Shown: positions 45,906-56,508, counted from the first letter of the whole stretch. The stretch is DNA of 63,993 nt, filler included, from Sanchytrium tribonematis (GCA_018985235.1; 13 parts of 13 records of this genome joined end to end with filler, not necessarily neighbours in it); one strand, 5' to 3'. Numbers and translations: made by a program. Notes: generated by a model from the sequence alone, not told the origin.

Positions 45906-46725
45906 ATGTCACAAATTTTAAATAATGATATCGTGAAGTTAGAAATAAGTAAAAGAAAGTTATCGAAGACCCAATTTGAGGAAATGATCAAATCAGCTCC
46001 AGTTAATTTACAAGATGTAAGTGAAATGGATTTAAAATCTATAACATCAGTAAACGAGTTGAATAAATTTGCTGATGATGAAGCTGATTTGGATGGCCTT
46101 GATTTGGACGAGAAACCATTGAAAATTAATAATAACAAGATTAATCTGAATCAATATGCAGAGAATGACGAATCTTTTAATTTTAGTACCGAATCAATTT
46201 CTAAAAAGAAACCTTTTCTAATTACAAACTATAAGCCCAAAGTAACCATAACAGGTGAAGCCAAAAAGGAAGATTTGGACGATGGTTTAGATTTGAACGA
46301 CTTTGATGGAAATCTCAAAGTTCCAATCAAAAACGATATTTCTATAAAACCTATTTTATTATCAAAGGATATATTGACTTCTCAAAAACCGTATAACGGG
46401 GATAGAATTGAAAATCTGATATTACAAACGGAAGAAATAATAAAGATACACAAATCTCAACAAGAGAACCAACTCAAATATAATGACATTGTAACAAAAC
46501 AGAAAGAGTACTTTATAGGCTGTATTAGACAAGTAGACAAAGACCTTAACATAGCTTTTAGTAAACTGGACGATCTTAAAACAAGAAAAAAAAATTTGGA
46601 AGCTGAGTTGGATAAAAAAAGTAATTTGGAGAAAGCGGAAGACGTAATTTTTACTAAATTAGTCATATTTTTTTGTATTTATTATAATATTTACTGTATT
46701 TACAATAACTTTTTTCACTAAATAA
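45906..46725 (+). CDS. Coiled-coil tail-anchored protein (SNARE-like topology), 19-nt intron at 46644-46662
   Basis: Splicing GTAATTTTTACTAAATTAG gives a clean C-terminal TM, SYFFVFIIIFTVFTITFFTK-stop, after a heptad region. Confidence 0.6.
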
Positions 46726-46829
46726 AGCCGCCATTCAAATTCTTTCTCTAACTTAGCTTTTCTATTTCGTATACAAATGAGTCTTAGTAATTAAACTGAA
46801 ATTCTCCTTGTTTATTATCTTTTCTTCTA

Positions 46830-47123
46830 ATGAATCAACTTGAAGACCTTAAGAAAAAACGACTTGATATAATGAAATACAATAGCGAATTTTTAAAGAA
46901 TTTTAAAAAGCCAATTGATTACAACAGTTCCTTTAGATATAAACGTAAACGCAAAACAAATGAGTCTGAAATCGAATATACTATGCAAGATTATGAGACT
47001 TACAAAAAGAAGATTAGCAGAGGTAAAGCAAAGCCCAAGGAGTATAATGCCGATTTCATTAATTTAAGAAACAAATTATATAATGAAAAGCTTCAGAAAT
47101 ATTATGATAAATATCAAAAATAA
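46830..47123 (+). CDS. SYF2-like pre-mRNA splicing factor (reduced, 97 aa)
   Basis: ADFINLRNKLYNEKLQKYYDKY resembles the SYF2 C-terminal motif. Confidence 0.65.
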   Translation: MNQLEDLKKKRLDIMKYNSEFLKNFKKPIDYNSSFRYKRKRKTNESEIEYTMQDYETYKKKISRGKAKPKEYNADFINLRNKLYNEKLQKYYDKYQK

Positions 47124-47201
47124 ACAGCATATGCACGGCATTTGTATCTGTGCACTGATTAAAACTTTTATATGACACATTGATTTAGATTTTTATTAAA
47201 A

Positions 47202-47888
47202 ATGAGGCTTATGAATATTACTCCAAACAAAGAACTTGACGATCTTTTGAATAGTTTTAAAAGCGATATGGATGTTATCAACCATGGCCAAATCAAAACC
47301 CAAATCAAAGGATATTGTGCAAAATGTAACTTGATGGTACCTGAGGACCAAACACCAATTTATACAACCGATCGACGTGTCTTACACAAAGAATGCTACA
47401 AGTGCCTAAGTTGTAAAAAATATTTACAAGGAATTCAAGTTTATGAGAGTGAGATTGGTTTTCAATGTTGTGAATGTTACATAAACAGTTGTGATACTTG
47501 TCATTCCTGCAAAGAAAAAATAAAAAATGGTCAAGTGGTAAAGGCCCAGGATAAACTGTTTCACCCAGAGTGCTTTAATTGTTCAAAATGCAAGGGTGGA
47601 ATTAAGGGGTCCTTTTTTGTGGATAATGGCAATTTTCTTTGTGATACTTGCTATGAGACTGACTTTCTTCCAATTTGCGCAAGATGCCAAAAAAGAATAA
47701 GTGAAAAGACTGATAAAGATGTAAAGGCTGAATTTTTTGTTGTGGGTGACTTGCAGCTACACAAGCAATGTTTTAACTGTTTTGAATGCAGCGTTGAATT
47801 TCCAGATGGAAAGGCATTCACTAATAGTAATAAGCTATATTGCCATGACCATTATAAAGTAGTCAAACAGCAAAGCCAAAGATCTTGA
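47202..47888 (+). CDS. Three-LIM-domain protein (paxillin-like)
   Basis: Three CxxC...HxxCxxCxxC...CxxC/H repeats. Confidence 0.9.
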   Translation: MRLMNITPNKELDDLLNSFKSDMDVINHGQIKTQIKGYCAKCNLMVPEDQTPIYTTDRRVLHKECYKCLSCKKYLQGIQVYESEIGFQCCECYINSCDTCHSCKEKIKNGQVVKAQDKLFHPECFNCSKCKGGIKGSFFVDNGNFLCDTCYETDFLPICARCQKRISEKTDKDVKAEFFVVGDLQLHKQCFNCFECSVEFPDGKAFTNSNKLYCHDHYKVVKQQSQRS

Positions 47889-47977
47889 TTTCAAATAAAT
47901 TTGTGGAACTTGATTCCTTTTGTGCTCGTAAAATTTGAAATTGATTGGGTAATAGAATTTAAGGGGTTATTAAAGTG

Positions 47978-48469
47978 ATGATGCTTCCTTTCATTATGAT
48001 TTTCATTGCGCTTCAAGTTTTCGCAAAAACCTATGCTGGTGTGCCAGTTGACCGTTTAGAAATGAGTCCACCATCTGTCTCTCCCAAACCATCGGAAAGC
48101 CATGAAGTTATGGCTAAAGAAGTTAACCTCGGTCCTGGTCCAGTTCCTTCATCCGAACCAATCCCAGTCGCAGAACCTGAAAACGTTTATGAGGAAGAAT
48201 GTGAAGAAGAAATCATTGATACTTGTGCTGACGAATCACAGTATCCAATTGATGAAGACTGCATAGAAGATGTTTATGAGGATTGTGAAGGAGACGTTGG
48301 TGAATGGCAATGCGAGGAGGAGGAATATATCGAATGCGACGATGTTGTCGAACCTATTGGAGAATACGAGGAAGATTGCGAAGAAGAAGTAATAGTTGAT
48401 GAATGCGGACCAGAACCTGTTCCAGAATTTGGTCAGAACATGGAATCTGGTAGAACTGATGAACTATAA
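47978..48469 (+). CDS. Secreted, highly acidic protein with periodic Cys
   Basis: Signal peptide, Pro-rich linker, repeated EEECEEE / EDC / DEC units. Confidence 0.7.
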   Translation: MMLPFIMIFIALQVFAKTYAGVPVDRLEMSPPSVSPKPSESHEVMAKEVNLGPGPVPSSEPIPVAEPENVYEEECEEEIIDTCADESQYPIDEDCIEDVYEDCEGDVGEWQCEEEEYIECDDVVEPIGEYEEDCEEEVIVDECGPEPVPEFGQNMESGRTDEL

Positions 48470-48544
48470 ATAAACAATTCATACTTTAAGAATCTAATGT
48501 ATATTTATAATCTTAATTATAACTCACCATCTCGCATGATGTGC

Positions 48545-49048
48545 TTAAGAAGATTGATCTCTGCTACTTAAAAACTCTAGAATTTGCATGGCTGTTAGTA
48601 ATTCCACTTCTGTCGGCAACTTTTTGAAAATACAATTTGTTTTCGCTTTATAAATTTTTTTCTGTGTTAGATCAACTTCATTCCAGTTGATTTCTTGGTA
48701 AAGTCTTTGAAGATACACAATATCAATTTGTTCAATTGTAGGAGGTTTTGTCCATTGAATGAATTGTCTTGTTTGCAGATTTGTCTCTATTTCATATTTG
48801 CCATTGATTTGTAAATCAAAGCTCGGAATCTTGGACATAGTATTGTAGCTATTGACAAATCTTATACATCCAAGAAATAGAGCAGATATAATAACAATAC
48901 CATACAAGAAGATTAGGATAATTTGATAAGCGTATTTTGTGGGTCTTTTTTCTATCTGCACATAGAGATCAACTATTGTGCCTACAATTGTCATAAGTAG
49001 AGTCAAGAGGACCATCGTGTATATAAAACGAGTTACCCAGTTCAGCAT
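48545..49048 (-). CDS. Two-TM membrane protein, possibly Dlt1-like
   Basis: Two N-terminal TM helices followed by IRFVNSYNTMSKIP. Confidence 0.5.
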   Translation of the reverse strand: MLNWVTRFIYTMVLLTLLMTIVGTIVDLYVQIEKRPTKYAYQIILIFLYGIVIISALFLGCIRFVNSYNTMSKIPSFDLQINGKYEIETNLQTRQFIQWTKPPTIEQIDIVYLQRLYQEINWNEVDLTQKKIYKAKTNCIFKKLPTEVELLTAMQILEFLSSRDQSS

Positions 49049-49670
49049 TTCAATTTTGTTTTAAAATTATTTTCAATCACAATTTTAGCAATGCTTGATC
49101 AAGCAAGCATTTATCGAATTAAAAATGTTTATTAAATCAATTAAAGCAAAATATGTACTTCCAGGAAAATTTTAGTTTTTGGGCCTACTTGATTTGTTTA
49201 ACAATCCACAATTTTCGTGTGATTGTTCGTATTTCAAATTCACAAAAGACAATTTGGTCTGTAGCACAATGCATAATTTCTCTTCTTTCATATTTATCAA
49301 ATATAGAAGATCGTCATGAAAAATTTGTGGAATCGCCTCAGCATTTTTTAAATTTTCGTCAGCCAGATTGTCCAATTGATCCCCGAAGCTGCCCGTCAAA
49401 ATGTCGTCGTACTTAATTTTAAGGTTGTTCTTAATTTGGTCCATTTCTGATTGCAAAATAGTCTCGATGTACTCATCAACATTAGGAGCAACTACTTTAT
49501 AATTTTTTTAATGAAGAGGTTACATTACTGCTCGAATTCTTGATCGAGCAAATTAAGATTGACTGCGCTCCAAAATTGTAACATTTGGCCAACTATCAAT
49601 AAACTTTTCCTGAATCATGGATGATCTTTTTTAAAATTAGTAATTTTAAAAGGAGAAATGTTGATACCAG

Positions 49671-50248
49671 ATGTCCAAATTTGATGTTGTTGTATTTGGT
49701 GCTACTGGTTTTACGGGCCAAAGAGTGGTTAAGTATTTAAGAGACCGAAATGTTAAATACAGTGTCGCTATTGCAGGAAGAAATGAAGAGAAGTTGAAAG
49801 AATTGCAAAATGATTTGGGGACCAAATTTGGAATTATTGTAGCTGATTGTGGTAATGTAGAATCCTTGAAAGAGATGGCAAAGTCTGCGAAAGTATTATT
49901 GAACTGTACCGGACCATTTAGATTTTATGGCGAAGTAGTGGTTAAGGCTTGTATCGATGCCAAGGCACATTATGCTGATATTACTGGTGAACCGCAATTT
50001 ATTGAAGGTATGTATGAAAAGTACGACGACCTGGCTCAAAAAAATGGAGTAACTGTGATTCCTGCTTGTGGATTTGATTCCATTCCGGCAGAATTGGGAA
50101 CTATGACAGCCAAGGAAGAATACAAAAAATTAGGAGGCACTGTTCACAATATTGAGATGTTTTTGAGCTCCAAATCTGGACCTGCTGGATCTGTGGGTAA
50201 TTTTACTACATATGAATCGGCTGTCTATGGAATAAGCGATGTCTCGAA
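49671..50248 (+). CDS. Saccharopine dehydrogenase-like oxidoreductase (SCCPDH-like), 3' end truncated
   Basis: VVFGATGFTG, AIAGRN, NCTGPFRFYGEVVV, YADITGEP, ACGFDSIP. Confidence 0.92.
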
Positions 50249-50348
50249 NNNNNNNNNNNNNNNNNNNNNNNNNNNNNNNNNNNNNNNNNNNNTTAATTAA
50301 TTAANNNNNNNNNNNNNNNNNNNNNNNNNNNNNNNNNNNNNNNNNNNN

Positions 50349-52660
50349 GATTAATTTGTCTTGGAATGTATGGAAAAATCATATCTTTACCAAAAACCGA
50401 ATGTCCGGGACTGGTTCCTAAACTGGAATGATAATTTGCACGCATAAACCAAGCAATTGCAGGTAATTTATGATGCCAATTATTTGATACTCCACCGGAT
50501 GTTCTTATGTGTTCTTTAATTGTGGAATGAGATCTTTCTATGATGGAATTTGACTGCGGATTGTAGACAGTTGTATATTTGTGCTGTATTCCATAACTTG
50601 CCAATATTCTTCCATTTCAAGGCCAATCAGATTCTTTCCTTGATCTGTCAACACATATTGTGGTCGAGGATATCTACAAAGCCATGTTTCATCAAACATT
50701 GTTGCAATAGTCTTTCCACTTGTGTTGTTTAATGGAATAATTTCAATATACCTGGATTTAATATCAATCATGGTCAATATATGGGAATATTCCACACCAT
50801 GCTCTTCAGAAATTTCACTCATTGGTCCAACAATATCAAGTGCCACAATTTGGAAGTTATTAATGTCTTTATCAATGGTAGTAGGGTTTAATTTACCATA
50901 ATTTTTCTTATTCTGTTTATCAATTTGACAGGTGTGACATCTTTTAATAAAATCAGCTACATCGGATTGCATTTTGTTCCAGTAAACGTATGCCTTGATA
51001 GTATTGTACATACGATTCCATCCTGGATGTCCTAGAAAATCATGCGCCCAAACCAGTAGATGTTTTTTAATTGCGCTTGGTATAATGATTTGATATGTGT
51101 CTTTCTTGCAAAGTAATTTCACATTTTCAATTTGTTTAATACAATATTTAATTGAATCATTTGGTGATTCTAATTCCTGACCAGACAAAAGAGAACTTAA
51201 AAATGGGGCCAACTGAGGGTCTTTTTGCTGTACATCCTGTAAATAATGCACAGAAAGTGGAAAGTCGTCAATTGCCATGGTTTCTAAATATGATTTGTTG
51301 AAATTCATACGGGATAGAAAATCTGCAACAACATTTGTAGCACCAGCAATATGCTTAATGGTTGGGTGGAAATCAACAATTTCCATATAATATCGTTGCA
51401 ACTTCATACTGTGGGAGGATTGTAAGTATGAAAGATTTAAACTGTCAGTATAAATGATTAATTCACAACCATAAAGTAATTTGCGTAAATGTTGAAGTAT
51501 AGAAATAACTGCCAGTGCTTCTTTATGCACTACCGTATATTTCAATTGAGTGGGATTAAATTTACGAGAATAAAAATAAATTGGATTTGGGATGTTTGCA
51601 TCGTCATATTGGAAGACGCAAACACCTAAACCGTAATCACTAGCGTCACAATACAAATGAAAAACCTTTTTGAAATCCGGGTAGACCAAAAGGGTCTTTG
51701 TTGCTAATAATTTTTTACATTCATCGAGTCGATCCTGCAATTCGTTTGTCCAATTGAAACCGTTTCTTTTGCGTGTCAATTGTGAAAGGGGAGCAAGTAA
51801 CGAAGCACACTGTGGAATGAATCTACGAAAGAAATTTAGCATGCCTAATTGGCTACGGAGATCGGAAACATTGGCTGGCCGTGGTAATGCTAAAATATTA
51901 GAGATTTTAGCGGGATTTGGCTTAATTCCTGACTGAGTTAAAATAAATCCAAGATATTTTAGCTCCATTTTCCCAAAATTTGATTTTTTTATATTAATTC
52001 GGATGTAATTATCCTCTAAAATCGTAAAAACTTCTGCTAAATGTGTAATATGTTCTTCTTCAGTGCGGCTGAGTATTAGAATATCATCCAGATATATTAA
52101 TACAAATGGCAAATGTCCGAAAAGGCCTATCATCACTCCCTGAAACGCCTCAACGGATGTTTTAAGTCCTTGTGGCATGCGATTATATTTGTAAGTACCC
52201 CAGGGGAATACTACACATACATATTTCGCAAAATCAGGGTCTAGCCTTAACTGGTTGTACGCACCAGTCTGATCCAATGCTGTAAAAAACATATTTTTGC
52301 AAACCTTATAAAGTAGTTCATCAATGCTCGGTATGTAAACTGCTCTTCGGGACAAAAATTGGTTGAGGTAAACTGCATTTATAAGCAACCGTAAATCACC
52401 ATTTGGTTTGACTGCAAAGAAACCAGGGTGTGTATAAGATGCACTTGAAACTTTTGTCAAAATTCCCTCTTTTACCATTTTTGCGATCTTTTCCTGAGCT
52501 TTTTGGAGTAATTTATAGGGCACCGGGTAAGGTTTAACAATTTTGGGTACGACAGGCTTAATTAAATCGGTTTTAAAGAAGTACCCCTTGATATAATTGG
52601 GTTTCGATTTTATGGATTTTAAATAAAATTTCAAAATATTCATTAATTCTTTCTTTCCTT
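50349..52660 (-). mobile_element. Ty3/gypsy LTR retrotransposon pol (RT, RNase H, integrase), one frameshift near 50605, truncated at both ends
   Basis: RMPQGL, YLDD, YCDASDYGLG, NVVADFLSR, His/Cys zinc finger (HDFLGHPG...CHTC), DDE residues LDIVG / TDQG / IERSH. Confidence 0.95.
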
Positions 52661-53247
52661 NNNNNNNNNNNNNNNNNNNNNNNNNNNNNNNNNNNNNNNN
52701 NNNNTTAATTAATTAANNNNNNNNNNNNNNNNNNNNNNNNNNNNNNNNNNNNNNNNNNNNTGAAGCAAAAATGAATCATTGTTCATTTAATTTGTTGTTA
52801 TTTTAATTGATTGGCAGAAAATTAATGTGCCACGACATTGCTTGCCAGCGAGCAAGCGAAAGTTTCAAGACAGCTGTTTGGTTGAAAAAGACTTATTTTT
52901 TATGTTACCGATCCATAAAATAAGAAAGCGCTTCCTTTTAGTACCAATTCTGATAATTCGAGTGCTAAAAAAATCATTTAGAACAAAGGATAATGTTTGC
53001 CCAACATGATCTATGGCAGTTAATTTGGCTTTTGATTTTTTTTGGACTAGTTTGTTACTGATTTATTGATTTTCAACCTACAATCCATCAGTCCTACTAA
53101 ACAAGCTCAACGGTATGTAATAATGGAACGTATAAAAAACTTGTTATTTACAAAAGTACTCTGTGGAGCAGCTAATAGTTTCAACATTTTGATTGGATTG
53201 GGATTCATCAAATTCAAACAAAACCAGTCAATTTCCCCTTTGAACAA

Positions 53248-53940
53248 ATGGCAAATGTTGAGGAAAGACTACAACCAAATCAAGATCAAGAAACCTTTTT
53301 AATCTATATGGGAGTGTGTGTAGTTGTAATTGGTATTTTATGGCATTTACCGTTTGTCAAACACATTCTAGACCCTTTCAAATTGATTGTAGTTGCTCTA
53401 CATGAAGTAAGTCACGCCATAGCTGGTCTTGCTACTTGTGCTCATATTGTTAGTATCGAAGTCACTGCAGATCAAGGTGGGGTCACAAAAATGAGGGGCG
53501 GAATTGCTTGGATCACTTTACCAGCTGGTTACATTGGAAGTGCATTTTTTGGTGCGCTCATGGTGTTCAGCACATTTAATACTACCGCGTTGTATGTGGT
53601 TAGTGGTTTCATTATTTTATGTTTAGTTTTTGTCCTTATTAAGGCAAGTAACTGGTTGAGTCGAGGGCTCACAGTTTTGTTCATTACAATTATTATATTG
53701 ATATGGGTTTTTGCGGCTTACTATTTAAGATATTTTATTGGGTTTCTAGGCGTTATGAGTGGATCTTATTCTTTGTGGGATATGATTGATGATTTAGTTG
53801 CAAATGATAAACACCAGTCTGATGCAACCGTATTTGCGCAAAGATATGGAGGAAGTTCGAAATGCTGGGGATTTATCTGGTTTATTTTGGGATTAGCGTT
53901 GATGATTGGAAGTGCTGTCTTGGGACTTTATGCTTTTTGA
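53248..53940 (+). CDS. Peptidase M50B-like membrane metalloprotease
   Basis: HEVSH (HExxH), GGVT, LPAGYIGS, SDA motif, multiple TMs; CCCCTTT just upstream of the ATG. Confidence 0.88.
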   Translation: MANVEERLQPNQDQETFLIYMGVCVVVIGILWHLPFVKHILDPFKLIVVALHEVSHAIAGLATCAHIVSIEVTADQGGVTKMRGGIAWITLPAGYIGSAFFGALMVFSTFNTTALYVVSGFIILCLVFVLIKASNWLSRGLTVLFITIIILIWVFAAYYLRYFIGFLGVMSGSYSLWDMIDDLVANDKHQSDATVFAQRYGGSSKCWGFIWFILGLALMIGSAVLGLYAF

Positions 53941-54173
53941 ATCATTGAAATTATAAATTTATTTACGCACAGTCGATTTCTTTTCTATTTAGTGTTTGCA
54001 CCCTTAGACTGGCCAATTAATGGTTGTCATGGTCTTACTAAAGTTAGCTCGGCTTGGAATGTTCGATTTTCCTCTGATTTACTGACTGATATTGGTACAA
54101 ATTTTTAGAGGGTATTGAGCAACAATATCGTTCCTTTTTTACTTAAGTAAACAATCCACTAATTTGAATCTTC

Positions 54174-55067
54174 ATGGAGGCGGAAATTTTTAAGAACGAT
54201 ACGCAATTTCAAACATACAATTTACAAATGAAGAATGCTAAAAAATTCAATTTCGATCAATGCTCTTTTTTTCCAAACAAGCTGCCCAAAATATTTCATG
54301 ACAAAGATTTTCTCAAAAATGTAAAACATGCTTGTAAAACAACTAGCCAACAATTTGAGAGTGGTACAATTTTATGGCTTAAAGACAGCTTGAATCCAAC
54401 GCGAATGGAAGTGATTCATCCTCAAGGTTTGGAAAAATTAATTGAGAAATGTTTTGAAACTTCAAAGTATGAATTTCTGAAGGTTCTGAAAGACAACGGG
54501 AATAACACAGGAAACATTTATATAGCAAACGATGTGAATGTGCTCGACGATTTGCGCAAAAAATTAACGATAGGAAAATATGTGATGACTTTCCACATCA
54601 AGGATTTTTACGAGCAAATTTACACTTATATACTTATCTGGATGGAAAACGGTGCAATAAGTGAGGGGAAAGACGTCTGGAAATTATGGGACAGCTTATG
54701 CAACATTCAAGATAGTAAGAAAAAGATGTGGTTGGCATCGCTAGAAGAATCTATAGTGGTTTTACAATATCGTCAAAGTATTGGGTTGCCAACAGGGTCG
54801 GAATTGATCAACGAAATAGCTGAAAGTTGGTTGGTTTGCTTAGACTTCCAAATTAGAAACGAGATTCTCAACATCACAAAACAAAAGAAATCGACACGCA
54901 TCATACGAAGCCATGACAATTACGATGTAATAAGTGATAGTATAGACGATTGCACTAGAGTAACTAGCTTCATTATTCATAAAATTAGAGAATACATCCT
55001 GACTGTCAATCTATCATCCGCTACATGTAGTTATGAAGAAAAACCGCTTAAACTGAAAGATTTTGTT
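54174..55067 (+). CDS. Non-retroelement reverse-transcriptase-like protein resembling bacterial Abi/UG (DRT) RTs; catalytic motifs altered; 3' end truncated
   Basis: Ordered motifs FFPNKLPKIF, RMEVIHP, KYVMTFHIKDFYEQIYTYILIW, QSIGLPTGSELINEIAE...CLD, IRSHDNY, IREYILTVN. Confidence 0.75.
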
Positions 55068-55220
55068 NNNNNNNNNNNNNNNNNNNNNNNNNNNNNNNNN
55101 NNNNNNNNNNNTTAATTAATTAANNNNNNNNNNNNNNNNNNNNNNNNNNNNNNNNNNNNNNNNNNNNAAGTGTTGATTACGGTAGATTAACAAAAACACA
55201 AAAATTGAATTCAATCCCGT

Positions 55221-56147
55221 TTATTTGTAAAATGGAAGTGCATCCAAGTCATTAAATATTAAATCTTTGTTTTCATTCAGCAATTTTAAATCTTTGTAGT
55301 TGCAGTCTGTTCCAATAAAATTGAGTAATTTTAAAGAAGGAATTTGGATAATCAATCTTAAAGATTCTAAAGTGATTCTGGCACACCAATTCACACTTAG
55401 GTATTCTAATGGGCATGTCATTGCTATAGCTTTTAATCCATCATCACTCATGTCCACGCAATGGCTCAAATCCAATGATTTCAACATTTTGCAATTTTGT
55501 GATAAACTAAATAATGTCAAATCGCTTAAATGGATGTTCCATGCCAATGATAGTCTCTCTAAATTCAAGCAATAACTTGCTAACGAGTTCATGACTCTGT
55601 CATTTCTTCCCCCGCCACTCAAATTCAAATTAATTATTTTTGTTAAATATCGCTTTGCAGCACATATTTCATCATTTTTGACTGCTTTACAGAATCCTAA
55701 ATCTAAGTATCGAATCTGTCCAACAGTAACTGTCTTTGCTCTCTCAATAATCATTAAATCCATTTTAGAATCCAAATTCATATTTCTAGTCATTTTGATA
55801 ATTTGAATAATCCATTCTCCAACGACTTTTGAGGATCTTCCACTATCTTCTAATCCGCTTAAATCAATTCCACGTATCATAGAATGATATGCAAGTGTCG
55901 TAAATCCATCTAATGATAAATCAATGACTCGCTTCAATTTCTTGACTTGATTCACCGTCATTAATTGCGGATTATAGTAAATCAGTTGAGATGCACTGTA
56001 ATGCCAATTCGTATTCATCATTTGAGCACTCTTTAGAGTATTCGTATCCACGTATTTCAATATTTTAGTGATGATTTCTGTCGGAAGTGGTTTTAAGTAT
56101 TCTGTCGTCGTCATTCCATGAAGTACTGCGAGACCATTTAATATCAT
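55221..56147 (-). CDS. F-box/LRR protein
   Basis: LPTEIITKILKYV F-box, followed by Cys-containing LRRs (LDLGFC, LDLSHC, LSVNWC). Confidence 0.9.
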   Translation of the reverse strand: MILNGLAVLHGMTTTEYLKPLPTEIITKILKYVDTNTLKSAQMMNTNWHYSASQLIYYNPQLMTVNQVKKLKRVIDLSLDGFTTLAYHSMIRGIDLSGLEDSGRSSKVVGEWIIQIIKMTRNMNLDSKMDLMIIERAKTVTVGQIRYLDLGFCKAVKNDEICAAKRYLTKIINLNLSGGGRNDRVMNSLASYCLNLERLSLAWNIHLSDLTLFSLSQNCKMLKSLDLSHCVDMSDDGLKAIAMTCPLEYLSVNWCARITLESLRLIIQIPSLKLLNFIGTDCNYKDLKLLNENKDLIFNDLDALPFYK

Positions 56148-56508
56148 GACGTATGCGTCACAGCAGACATCATCCGATCACTTGATTGGTATCAGATATC
56201 ACATCAGATGTTTGTAAGATTATTTACTAATTTGACTCAAATAATTGGCTAGTGTTCCCTGCTCTTCCTTCAATCGATTATATTGTTTACCGTATTCATG
56301 ATGTTGTTTTAATGCTTCTTTCAATGCATGTTGCTTATCAAATATTGATTTTATTAAATCAGAAGCCATTTCACGGAGGATGTTTTAAAAACCATGTGCG
56401 AGTTAATGTGATTTCAAGTATTACTATGAGTTACAAGTGCCAGCTACATTATAAGTTGAAATGCGTGAGTTAATCAATTTAGCGATAAACAAAACCGGTG
56501 ACTCGCAA

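Noticed and set aside
49153..49620. Possible gene between the two-TM protein and SCCPDH
   Set aside because: Coding-like minus-strand segments exist, but I could not build a consistent start or intron model.
53941..54173. Retron/DRT-like ncRNA upstream of the RT-like ORF
   Set aside because: No convincing inverted repeats or structure visible by eye; a covariance search would be needed.
50349..55067. Gypsy pol and the Abi-like RT as parts of one element
   Set aside because: They are separated by a linker (different contigs) and belong to different RT classes.
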